NCBI GenBank assembly: GCA_031278635.1
Contig: JAITKA010000139.1
Location: 2,517 to 66,516, forward strand
From: Deltaproteobacteria bacterium
GTDB taxonomy: Bacteria > Desulfobacterota > Desulfarculia > Adiutricales > Adiutricaceae
DNA: 64,000 nucleotides
Direction: 5' to 3'
The notes under the pieces are model-generated. The model saw nothing but the letters and a program-made list of their open reading frames with translations. It was not told the origin of the DNA and made no database searches. A program made the position numbers and the translations under genes. This document shows, piece after piece, positions 55,078 through 64,000 of the stretch; positions within the stretch are counted from its first letter, which is position 1, and each line of letters begins with the position of its first letter.

Positions 55078-55641
55078 ATGCCTGAGACCCTCCGCCTATT
55101 TACCGCAATCGAGCTGCCCGATCACGTCATCGCCGCCCTGAGGGAGGTTTCGCCCCATTTCCCGGAGCTGAGGGTCCTGCCCGCGGGGCACGGGAAGCCG
55201 CATATCACGTTAAAGTTCATCGGCGACCTCGAAAAGGAACGGCTCCCCGCGCTCGATTCCCTGCTGGCCGGCCTCGGCGGCCCTCCCAGGGAGATCGGGT
55301 TTACCGGGCTGGGGGCCTTCCTGCGCCCCAATGGCGCGATCTTCTGGGCGGGGGCAAGGTCAGAGCCGGACCTAAAACCCCTCGTGGCCGAGATGGACGA
55401 TTCCCTTTTTAACGGGCTTGGTATCGGGAGATCCAAGGGCCCGTTCTTTCCCCACGTCACCCTGGCCAGGACCAAAAGGTACCGGAAAGACTTAAAATTT
55501 AAGGCCAAAGAGTATCAAAAGGTCCTAGCCCCTCCCTTTACGGCCACCTCCTTCGGTCTTTACAAAAGCGAGCTCAAACCCACCGGCGCTATCCATACCC
55601 TCCTGTTCGAGTATAAATTTTCCGTCGCATCTGAAAAATAA
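55078..55641 (+). CDS. thpR: RNA 2',3'-cyclic phosphodiesterase (2H phosphoesterase, LigT/ThpR)
   Basis: 'RLFTAIELP' and two HxT motifs, 'PHITLKF' and 'PHVTLAR'. Confidence 0.85.
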   Translation: MPETLRLFTAIELPDHVIAALREVSPHFPELRVLPAGHGKPHITLKFIGDLEKERLPALDSLLAGLGGPPREIGFTGLGAFLRPNGAIFWAGARSEPDLKPLVAEMDDSLFNGLGIGRSKGPFFPHVTLARTKRYRKDLKFKAKEYQKVLAPPFTATSFGLYKSELKPTGAIHTLLFEYKFSVASEK

Positions 55642-56279
55642 ACCCTTACCGGCGAAATAATCGTACCGGCAATGGCAAGGTTTTCATGCGAGGTTAGGAT
55701 TTTCGCATGAAGTGCGAAGTTAAGCCAATTTTCCCAGTTTTCTCGGCTAACGGTTGATAAAAATGAGAATTTTTAACCGGTAAGCTATAAAAGACTATAT
55801 ATCCCACGGTTTTAACGATTGGCATGGTTTTAGCATAATATGTATTGATCATCCATGAGAAAGTAACCAAACCCAAGCCGCCAAAACCTTTCCCGTGAAA
55901 GGTTTAAGGTTAGCCAAACTCGCCTTTATCCTAACCGTTCGGCGGGACGGCCTAAGTCACGGCTTGGTTCATGCCGTTACCAATTTTCGTAGATATTCGG
56001 TCACGTTTTCCCCTGCCCAGGAAGTTTGGGAACGAGGCCTCGGCCGCCTTTGGCGCAACCGCATCCTCACGGGCGCCCGGGCGGCCAATAGTCCATTACG
56101 GACAAGGAATGGGTTTAACGCGATGGGGGCGAAATTCCCTGGCGGTGGGTTTTGGGAGCAAAACCTGACCCGGCGCCAAGGTTTTACGCCTTCATCCAAA
56201 TAATTTTCGACATTAGGGCACTTTTTTTATGCCCTAAGAAGTAACTAGAACCAGCCAGTTAACGAATCGGAGGATCCAC

Positions 56280-57674
56280 ATGACTAGCCAATCACCACCG
56301 TCGGACGGCCAGGCCTACATCCAGGGACTGCTGGAAAAGGCCAGGAAGGCCCAGAAGCAGTTCGAATCGTTCTCCCAGGAAAACGTGGACAAGGTTTGCA
56401 AGGCCATAGGCAAGACCATTTTCGACAACGCGGAGATCCTGGCCCAGGAGGCCGTGAACGAGACCGGCATGGGCGACGTTGCCAGCAAGATCCGTAAGCA
56501 GCGCACGATCTCCATGAGCCACTGGGACTACATCAAGGACAAGAAAAGCGTGGGCGTGATCGAGGACGACCCCGCCTCCAGGGTGACCGTCTACGCGAAG
56601 CCCATCGGGGTCATCGCCTGCATCACCCCCACCACCAACCCGACGTCCACGGCCTGCGGGAACGGCATGTACGCCATCAAGAGCCGTAACGCCATCATCG
56701 TCGCCCCCCACCCAAGGGCCAAGAAGGTGACCGCCCACGGCGTGAACCTAATCAGGGAGGCCATAGCCAAGGCCGGGGCGCCCATCGACCTGATGCAGGT
56801 CATCGAGGAGCCCACGATTGACCTGACCAAGCAGCTGATGGCCGCCTGTGACTGCACCATCGCGACCGGCGGGCCGGGCATGGTCAAAAGCGCCTACGCC
56901 AGCGGCCGCCCCTCCTTCGGGGTCGGCCCCGGCAACTGCCAGTCGATCATGGACCGGGGCTGCCAGGACCTCTACCCGGCCTACGTCGACGGCACGATCC
57001 GCTGCCGCACCACCGACCAGGGCATACAGTGTAACGGCGAGCAGACCCTGCACCTGCCGGTTGAGGAAAGGGACGCCGTCCTGGCCGAGTTCCAGAAGCA
57101 GGATTGCTACGTCCTTCACGACGAGGCCATCATCGACAAGATCCGGAAGCTCCTTTTCTCCCCCGAGGGCGCCATAAACCTCAAAGTGATAGGGCTCTTC
57201 CCATACAAGGTCGCCAAAGAGGTCGGCTTGGATATCCCCGAGTCCACCAAAATCCTGCTCGTCAAGGGCAAGGGCACCCTGCCCGGCGAGATCCTCTGCC
57301 GGGAGAAACTCTGCCCCATCGTCACCTTCCTGACCTGGGACAAGTTCGAGGAAGGCGTGCAAAACGGCCTCACGAACCTGTCCCACGAGGGCGCCGGCCA
57401 CTCGTCGGTCGTTTTCAGCCGCGACCCGGCCCACATCGATCTGGTCGCCAAGACCTGGCCCGTCTCCCGCCTCTCCGTTAACGTCGCCAACATGCTGGCG
57501 GGCGGGAACTCCCCCATAGTCGGCTTCCCCCCGACCATGAGCCTTGGCTGCGGCTCCTGGGGCAACAACAGCCTCTCGGAAAACGTCACCTACCGCCACC
57601 TGATGAACACGACCAAGGTGGCCAAGCCCCTGGACGGCGCGCCAACCTTTGACCCGGAGAAGGTCTGGGCCTAA
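56280..57674 (+). CDS. CoA-acylating aldehyde dehydrogenase (EutE/PduP/SucD-type)
   Basis: GGAGGA RBS; 'IGVIACITPTTNPTSTACGNGMYAIKSRNAIIVAPHPRA' is typical of acylating aldehyde dehydrogenases; 464 aa. Confidence 0.8.
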   Translation: MTSQSPPSDGQAYIQGLLEKARKAQKQFESFSQENVDKVCKAIGKTIFDNAEILAQEAVNETGMGDVASKIRKQRTISMSHWDYIKDKKSVGVIEDDPASRVTVYAKPIGVIACITPTTNPTSTACGNGMYAIKSRNAIIVAPHPRAKKVTAHGVNLIREAIAKAGAPIDLMQVIEEPTIDLTKQLMAACDCTIATGGPGMVKSAYASGRPSFGVGPGNCQSIMDRGCQDLYPAYVDGTIRCRTTDQGIQCNGEQTLHLPVEERDAVLAEFQKQDCYVLHDEAIIDKIRKLLFSPEGAINLKVIGLFPYKVAKEVGLDIPESTKILLVKGKGTLPGEILCREKLCPIVTFLTWDKFEEGVQNGLTNLSHEGAGHSSVVFSRDPAHIDLVAKTWPVSRLSVNVANMLAGGNSPIVGFPPTMSLGCGSWGNNSLSENVTYRHLMNTTKVAKPLDGAPTFDPEKVWA

Positions 57675-57721
57675 AAACACCCCTCCCCCGGGACCCGAGA
57701 CGGCCCCGGGATAACGCTTAG

Positions 57722-57762
57722 GGCCCACGGGCGGCTAACCTGCCGCCCGTGGGCCTTTTTTT
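57722..57762 (+). terminator. intrinsic terminator
   Basis: ggcccacgggcgg-ctaacct-gccgcccgtgggcc followed by ttttttt. Confidence 0.75.
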
Positions 57763-58020
57763 GGCTACCCCCTGCCTCGGTAACCGTTCGCGAGGCCCCT
57801 TAGGCCCTGCCGCGATTACCCCCGGCCGGGGTAGCTTTGTGTGGCGTGATGGCCCGGATTGTGGCTAAGTATTGATGTAAATTCCATATTCCCTCCATAA
57901 TTTCTTGCATAAAACTCTGGTATAATTTAAGCATGGTCAGCGGCGGCCCGGAAATCAACCGGGGCCCGCCTGGCCCGAAGGGGGGACGATTTTGGTTTTG
58001 GGGTTTGGGATCGAGGTCCG

Positions 58021-60294
58021 ATGGCCGAGGTAGGGAAAAAAGTTAAAAAAATCACGCTCCGGGGGCTAGCCAGGGTCGCCGCCAAGACGGCGATTGGGCT
58101 GGGCCTTTTCGGGGTGATTTTTTTGGCCGTGGGCTTTATCTTGGCCACGCCGCCCCGTTACGACGGGTTCGCCGTCTCGCCGGTCCTTTTGGGCGCCGAC
58201 GGGGAGCCCCTATACGTGGGCATATCCGCGGACCAGGAGTTGGCCATCCCCTTATCCCTTGACCGGATGGGGGAGATATTTCCCAGGATAGCCGTGGCCG
58301 TGGAGGACAAGCGCTTTTTCTCGCATCCGGGGGTGGATCCCCTGGCCCTGGCCAGGGCCGCCTTCCAGAATATCAAAAACCGGAGGGTAATCTCGGGGGC
58401 CTCGACCATAACCGTCCAGCTGGTGCGGCTCTCGCAGCCCAGGCCCAGAAACCTTTGGTCCAAGATGGTCGAGTTTTTCCAGGCCCTGCGGCTTGAGCGC
58501 GAGCTCGGCAAAGACGAGATTTTGACCGTATATTTAAACCGGGCCCCCTTCGGCGGGAACGTGAGGGGTGTCGGGGCCGCGGCGGCCATCTATTTCGGTA
58601 AAAGCCCGGCCGATTTGACCCTTGGCGAGAGCGCCGTGCTTGTCGCCCTCCTTAGGGGTCCATCGATCTACAGGCCGGATCGCTGGCCGGGGAGGGCCAA
58701 GGTCAGAAGGGACATGGTCCTGTCCATACTGAGGGGAAAGGGCGCGATAAGCGAGGGGGACGAGCGAAGGGCCCGCCTGGAGCCCGTGACCGGGAAGAGG
58801 TTCTCGCCGCCCAGGAAGGCGCCCCACCTCGCGGCCTATTTGCTCGACCCGGCCGAATCGCCGCGCTGGCGCTGGGGGGCGGAGGGCTACGCCGGGGTGC
58901 CGACCTCGGTTGACCCCGCGCTCCAGGAAAACCTGGAAAAGAGGCTCCTCGTCGCCCTGGGACCCTTCCCCGGGGAGGTGAACGGGGCCGGGATACTGGT
59001 CTCCAACCGTACCGGGAGGGTCTTGGCCTACGTGGGCGGGGTGAGACGCGAGGGCCCGACCTTTCACGTCGATAACGCCCGCTCGAGGCGCTCGCCCGGC
59101 TCGACCCTAAAGCCCTTCGTCTACCTGGCCGCCTTCGCCGACGGCAAGCTTGGCCCCTCCTCGCTTCTGGCCGACAGCCCCCTGGGGCTGGGGGGCGACG
59201 CCCCCAGGAACTTCGACGGGGAATACCGGGGCCCCGTGGCCGCCGGCGTGGCCCTCTCCGAGTCGCTAAACGTCCCTGCCGTGAGGGTCCTTAGGCTGAT
59301 CGGGGAGGAGAGGGCCCTGGAGGTCCTAAGGGAGGCCGGTTTCACCGTCCCCGAGGGCCGCGCCTTCGGGGATTCGCTGGTATTGGGCGGGATGGAGACC
59401 TCCATGCTGGAACTGGCGGGGGCCTACGCCACCCTGGCCCGAGGGGGCGAGGCCGTGCGGCCTGGCTTTGATCCCGGGGGCCATTACCTGGGACCCAGGA
59501 TATTTTCCGGCGAGGCCGTTTGGCTCATAAACGAGAGCCTTTTGTCCCCGCGCCTTCTGGGCCCCGGCCTTTCCGGAGAGTCCCTGGCCATAAAAAGCGG
59601 GACCTCCATTAGCCTCCGGGACGCCTGGCTGGCCGCCTACGACCCGGCCCACACCCTGGTCCTATGGCTGGGGGATCCCTCGGGCCGCTCCCACAAGGGC
59701 CTCACCGGGCTGGCCAGCTTGTCCGCGGCAGGCGTCCAGTTTATGCACGACCTTGGCCCAAGGCCGCTTTGGCCCGATCCGCCCGACGGCCTTGAGCGTT
59801 TCCGGGCCTGTCCCGTCTCCGGGGAGCCGGCCTCGCCCTTCTGCCCCGGCTCCAGGTGGGCCTGGAGGATAAAAAGCCTGGCCAAAAGCCACCCCTGCCG
59901 CCTCCACCTTAGGCGCAACGGGCAGACGGTGACCGCCTGGCCCCCCGAGCTCTCCCGCCTCACCCGCGGCCCCGGGCATTTCCCCGTCCGGCCCGGCCCT
60001 GGCCCCCAGGTGGTCTCGCCCAAGCCAGGGGCCCAGGTGGTCATGGACGGCCAAAACCCCCACCTCCAGCTCAAAAGCGAGGGCGCCGTAGGCCTGGTCC
60101 ACTGGTACCTGGACGACCGCTTCGTCGGGACGGCCGATAAACGGGCCACGATCACGATTGAGCCGGGCCCCGGTCCCCACAAGGTCAGCCTCATGGACTC
60201 CCTGAACATGACGGCCAGGAGCGAGTTTACGGTTGTCGAAAAGGACTCCCCCAAAGTCGCCGACAAAGATACGCCCCTACCAATCATTGACTAG
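58021..60294 (+). CDS. pbpC: penicillin-binding protein 1C (bifunctional transglycosylase/transpeptidase)
   Basis: GT51 motifs 'EDKRFFSHPGVDP' and 'ASTITVQL'. Transpeptidase motifs 'SPGSTLKPF', 'SESLN', 'KSGTS'. Length and extra C-terminal domain match PBP1C. Confidence 0.88.
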   Translation: MAEVGKKVKKITLRGLARVAAKTAIGLGLFGVIFLAVGFILATPPRYDGFAVSPVLLGADGEPLYVGISADQELAIPLSLDRMGEIFPRIAVAVEDKRFFSHPGVDPLALARAAFQNIKNRRVISGASTITVQLVRLSQPRPRNLWSKMVEFFQALRLERELGKDEILTVYLNRAPFGGNVRGVGAAAAIYFGKSPADLTLGESAVLVALLRGPSIYRPDRWPGRAKVRRDMVLSILRGKGAISEGDERRARLEPVTGKRFSPPRKAPHLAAYLLDPAESPRWRWGAEGYAGVPTSVDPALQENLEKRLLVALGPFPGEVNGAGILVSNRTGRVLAYVGGVRREGPTFHVDNARSRRSPGSTLKPFVYLAAFADGKLGPSSLLADSPLGLGGDAPRNFDGEYRGPVAAGVALSESLNVPAVRVLRLIGEERALEVLREAGFTVPEGRAFGDSLVLGGMETSMLELAGAYATLARGGEAVRPGFDPGGHYLGPRIFSGEAVWLINESLLSPRLLGPGLSGESLAIKSGTSISLRDAWLAAYDPAHTLVLWLGDPSGRSHKGLTGLASLSAAGVQFMHDLGPRPLWPDPPDGLERFRACPVSGEPASPFCPGSRWAWRIKSLAKSHPCRLHLRRNGQTVTAWPPELSRLTRGPGHFPVRPGPGPQVVSPKPGAQVVMDGQNPHLQLKSEGAVGLVHWYLDDRFVGTADKRATITIEPGPGPHKVSLMDSLNMTARSEFTVVEKDSPKVADKDTPLPIID

Positions 60295-60913
60295 ATTTTA
60301 ACTCCTTTGTAATCCTTAAGGTATTTTAACGAGCCACTGAACTGATTTAAATAGTGATCTCTTGACACATTGAATAGCCTATTAATTACCGAAAAATATT
60401 AACTAAATTTAATCATCTCCATACAATTTAAATAATGGCCTAAGTCCTCGCTTATCATCGTCCAGGCGGCAAGAAGGTAGCCCATATCACTTCCAAGGCC
60501 CTGGGGCTTTTGCCCCTGTTTTCCCGGCCGTGGCGTTTTTCTCTCAGGCATCGGGCCCCCTGGCTTGCGGCGTTTGGCCATTTCCGATGAAAAAGCTCCC
60601 CTTGGGGCACCGAGGGGGCGCCCCAAGGGGAGTCGCAAGGTGGCTCGGAAGGGGCCCGGAGGGGCGCCCGGGGTATGGCATGGGCGAAAAGGGCCTTGAT
60701 ACCCTTTTCGTCGGGGTTCCCCAAAACGGGCTGCCCCTGCGGCTTAAAATCGAAAGCTTGCCGGGCGCGGGCGGGCTTTCGACGCTCCCTGGAAAAATCG
60801 CCGCCATTACGCCTTCCGGGTTCAAGCCATGGGAGTAACTATCGGGATTAATTGGCCTTTGCCCCAAGCGCTATTTTTCTTCCCTGGCTCATGCCATCCA
60901 TTAACGGTGCCCA

Positions 60914-61285
60914 TTAACGGTTGCAAGCGCCAGGTTGCGGGGCGCCGGTTATTTGAAAGTTATAGATTTGCATGGTCGTCATATGGCAATTATTATTTCC
61001 ATACGGAACCAAACGTATAACCATATCGAATTTTATCGGCGTACCACTTTCAATACTACTTAGATTGATAGAATCAGGTATATTTTGTTCATCTATTTCG
61101 ATATTAAATCTACCTACGGAATTACGTATAGCAATTAAATAAGAACCACCTTCCGATTCTTCAGAGCCACAAAAAAAGCTTTCCTGGTTACCGGCACCGT
61201 AAAAGGCATCCGATTGAGCGTAAACAGGGACGGAAACTACGCCTACGACGATAAATGTCAGTACGATCAAAAGTAACGTTTTCAT
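60914..61285 (-). CDS. small exported hypothetical protein, low GC
   Basis: signal peptide 'MKTLLLIVLTFIVVGVVSVPVYAQ'; AT-rich coding; no family recognised. Confidence 0.5.
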   Translation of the reverse strand: MKTLLLIVLTFIVVGVVSVPVYAQSDAFYGAGNQESFFCGSEESEGGSYLIAIRNSVGRFNIEIDEQNIPDSINLSSIESGTPIKFDMVIRLVPYGNNNCHMTTMQIYNFQITGAPQPGACNR

Positions 61286-62021
61286 ATTAGCCGCCTCACA
61301 TGGTTAGAAAGATATCGATGCGCCCTCCGCGCGACAGCGCGGCGCCTATTGGTCGCCCCATTTGGGAATCGATTTAACCCATGGCCTTACGCGCGCGGGA
61401 CTCCCGGCCACTCCCGAAGCCGCCCTTTGGCCAAAGCCTTGTCTCATCCCGGTTAAGGGGATTACTTTCAATAATCTCGCACGGTTAACCGGTTGGCAGG
61501 TATGGCTAACCCGCCGGTTCAATAAATTCCTTGATGGACCCCACGGTTCTGCGCATTGGTATGATAACCGGAAATAATCTCAGAAACTAGACCATTTTGG
61601 CCTGGATCTCTCAAGCCAAAATAGGTCACCCCGATATCGCCGCCTCTCAATCAAAAGGGCCCCAAAATGGGCTCCGGACCCCCGGCGAAACGATCACGCC
61701 GGCCTAAAACTTCCTGAATTATCAAGTGACAACCGGTAAGATAAACCCATGATTTGCCATAAACATTTTCTTGACGTAACAAATCCACCTAGCCATTCTT
61801 GCCGTTATTTAAGCCAAATGACACCTTTTTACGCCTTAAAACTTTGACGCTTAAAATGTTCCAACCTCTGGGAAAGGCCACTTGCCAAGTTCACGACAAA
61901 CCAAGCCGTCTAAATATCGACAAAATGGCCAGCCAATGACGCAATCGGTCTCTGGCCTAAGTCCCCCTCCTCCGTTTCCCTACATTACTTGGTTAAACAA
62001 AGACGAGGCATCCAATTGACC

Positions 62022-63056
62022 ATGAATAATAACCCGCTTCAAAACCCGCCTTACACAATAACGCCGAAAGCCGCGGATTTCTTGCCGAAAATCGTCGAAT
62101 CCGCAACCAAGCTCGAATTAGGAACGGGATTATCCCGGGACACAAAACCCCACGGGGAAACCCGCATGAAGGCCATTCACTCGTCCCTTGCCATCGTGGG
62201 CAACGGCCTTTCCCTTGACGACGTAAAGGCCGTGATCGATGGAAGGTTGGTCAGTTGAAAGCATGAGGATATCCAAGAAGTTAAGAACGCCTATGAAGCT
62301 TGTGACAAGCTCATGATATACGATCCGTATACCATCGAAGGCTTCCTTAAAGCGCACAATCTGACGCTGGACCTTCTCATAACAAAGTCGGGCAGATTCC
62401 GTAGCGGTGACGTCGGCCTTTTTGATGGCGCAAAGGTCATTCATATAGGCGCCAGTCCGATGTTCGTTGCCAAACTGGTTGTAGATCTGTTCCAATGGGC
62501 GCAAGATACCGCATTGCACCCCATTATCAAAAGCCCCGCGCTGCATTATGAAATCGTAATCATCCCTTCGCCGACGGTAACGGGCGTATGGCTCGTCTGT
62601 GGCAATCACTCACGCTCGCCAAATGGAACCCTCTTTTTGAGTGGATACCGATGGCATCGGCCTTGCACGAAAACAGGCCGGGGATATTACCAGGCTATCG
62701 CTGATGCCAAGAAATCCAACGATAGCGCCGTATTCATCGAGTTCACGCTGTCGGCGGTTGTTGGCACCATAAAGGCGCAGGAAAAGCACCAAGTCGAGCG
62801 CCAAGATAAGCACCAAGTCGTCTTCCCCGATACCCACCTAGCGATATCAAAAGCCCTCAAAACAGCTAACCTCTCACGCAAAGAGATTATCGCCCGAATC
62901 GGTATGTGCGGAGATAGTCGCTCTTTCAATCGAAACGTCGCTCCGTTATTGTCAAATGGGCTAATAGAAATGACGGTGCCGGACAAACCGAATAGTAGGC
63001 TCCAGAAATATCGGCTTACGGACATAGGAAAAACACAAATCATTGGTGATGCCTAA
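62022..63056 (+). pseudogene. Fic/DOC family protein pseudogene (one in-frame stop plus two frameshifts)
   Basis: In-frame TGA at 62256-62258 splits the ORF. The Fic motif 'HPFADGNGRMARLWQ' is encoded from 62561 in a different frame from the flanking 'ALHYEIV' and 'YYQAIADAKKSNDSAVFIEF' blocks. A C-terminal winged-helix-like tail is retained. Confidence 0.8.
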
Positions 63057-63731
63057 CCCCGGTAATTCCCAACTTCAAGTGACCCAAAATCCACCCTTGA
63101 ATCCCTCGGTCATGGCGAGCGGGAATCCGTGAAGGCCATGATCCCCTGTCTCAAAAACCGCCTTCAAATTATTTTCCCCCGGGCGTGGGGGATCCAAACA
63201 AATGCAACCCAATCGGTCCAATGAAACGCAACTTTTTGGGGACCAATCAAGATATGATACTGGCGGCTTTGGGGAAAATGCCGGCAAAGTCTTGCCGGTT
63301 TTTATCGTAGCGGCTGACCGATCCTCGTTAGCTTGCGAACAAGCTCTTTCCTCGCAGAAATCCCAAATGACATCCACTTCAAGGCAGGAAACAAGAACCA
63401 CTTCGAGACTTATATCCCCTTAAGCAATCCCGTACCGATTTTGGCAGTGGGGTACATCGATACACGCATCAAAAACCCTGACTGGCCAATAGCCTCGATA
63501 TTATCCACGCCTATAAGATTGCCAAACTATTGATTAAGATTTACCTCCGGGGTAACGGGCATTTTTCATGTTTACCCAAAGATAATTTTGGACAGCTCAC
63601 AGGGTGAAAAAGTTAAATAATATCTAGCCAATAGATTTTGTTCTCGTCGGAAGAAACTGTCTGACGAAAGGACAAACCCAATTAGATAGTTGTCCATGCT
63701 ATATCAATTAATAATTTGACAAAGAAAGCTA

Positions 63732-63760
63732 TTGACTAGCAATATCATACCTGTTAGAAT
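63732..63760 (+). promoter_or_regulatory. candidate sigma70 promoter
   Basis: TTGACT (63732-63737), 17-nt spacer, TAGAAT (63755-63760). Confidence 0.4.
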
Positions 63761-63953
63761 TTCCTAAAACCATGAAGGTTAGCTTCCTTGTCCACACTTG
63801 CTTTGTATCTGGTGTTTAGCCAAGGAGTGTCTCTAGACCAAACTACTACCCAAAATCACTGAACTGACATAATAAATCTATTAAACATTATTTTAAACAT
63901 CTTTAAGTTATCTCTTCAATTATTTTATTATTTTATATTTATTTTAAGCTATG

Positions 63954-63993
63954 AAAGCTATATTTACCTAAAAGTAAATATAGCTTTTTTATT
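63954..63993 (+). terminator. AT-rich intrinsic terminator
   Basis: aaagctatatttac-ctaaaa-gtaaatatagcttt followed by tttatt. Confidence 0.6.
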
Positions 63994-64000
63994 ATAATTA

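Noticed and set aside
62256-62258. In-frame TGA in the Fic gene as selenocysteine or programmed readthrough.
   Set aside because: Fic proteins are not known selenoproteins, no SECIS-like hairpin is evident downstream, and the gene also carries frameshifts that destroy the catalytic motif.
60300-64000. Mobile element (IS, integrase or prophage) in the degraded right-hand accessory end.
   Set aside because: No transposase, integrase, terminal inverted repeats or phage structural genes were recognised. Only a Fic pseudogene and orphan small ORFs are present.

Overview
Bacterial chromosomal segment. Coding regions are visibly GC-rich and sit in compact operons separated by unusually long AT-rich gene-free spacers. 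The outermost ~180 nt (left) and ~150 nt (right) are extremely AT-rich and look compositionally foreign. I support about 50 CDS, one tRNA-Val(TAC), one multi-lesion Fic pseudogene, several intrinsic terminators and four tandem-repeat loci. I recognised no rRNA, CRISPR array, transposase or integrase. Ordinary content: smpB, gatB-gatC-gatA, HU, dus, a dGTPase-like HD protein, pbpC, thpR, an acyl-CoA synthetase plus four-subunit 2-oxoacid:ferredoxin oxidoreductase operon, an ssuABC sulfonate importer, and a hybrid histidine kinase with an ABC-2 exporter. The stand-out is a ~13 kb, 14-gene minus-strand operon (2048-15144). In it a nitrogenase-like NifH/NifD/NifK trio, a NifB-like radical SAM enzyme and a NifX-like cluster carrier are embedded inside a NitT/TauT-type ABC importer (1 ATPase, 2 binding proteins, 4 paralogous permeases), and the operon ends with msrAB. 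It is preceded by a ~390 nt leader carrying two tandem intrinsic terminators (riboswitch/attenuator-like, class not recognised) and by an ECF sigma module with His-rich proteins. There is no nifEN in the window and the D subunit has a non-canonical active-site stretch. I therefore read it as a Mar-like or novel nitrogenase-like reductase acting on an imported (possibly organosulfur) substrate, not a nitrogenase. The taxon cannot be fixed from sequence alone (anaerobe-like gene content). The pseudogene and long spacers hint at some genome erosion.
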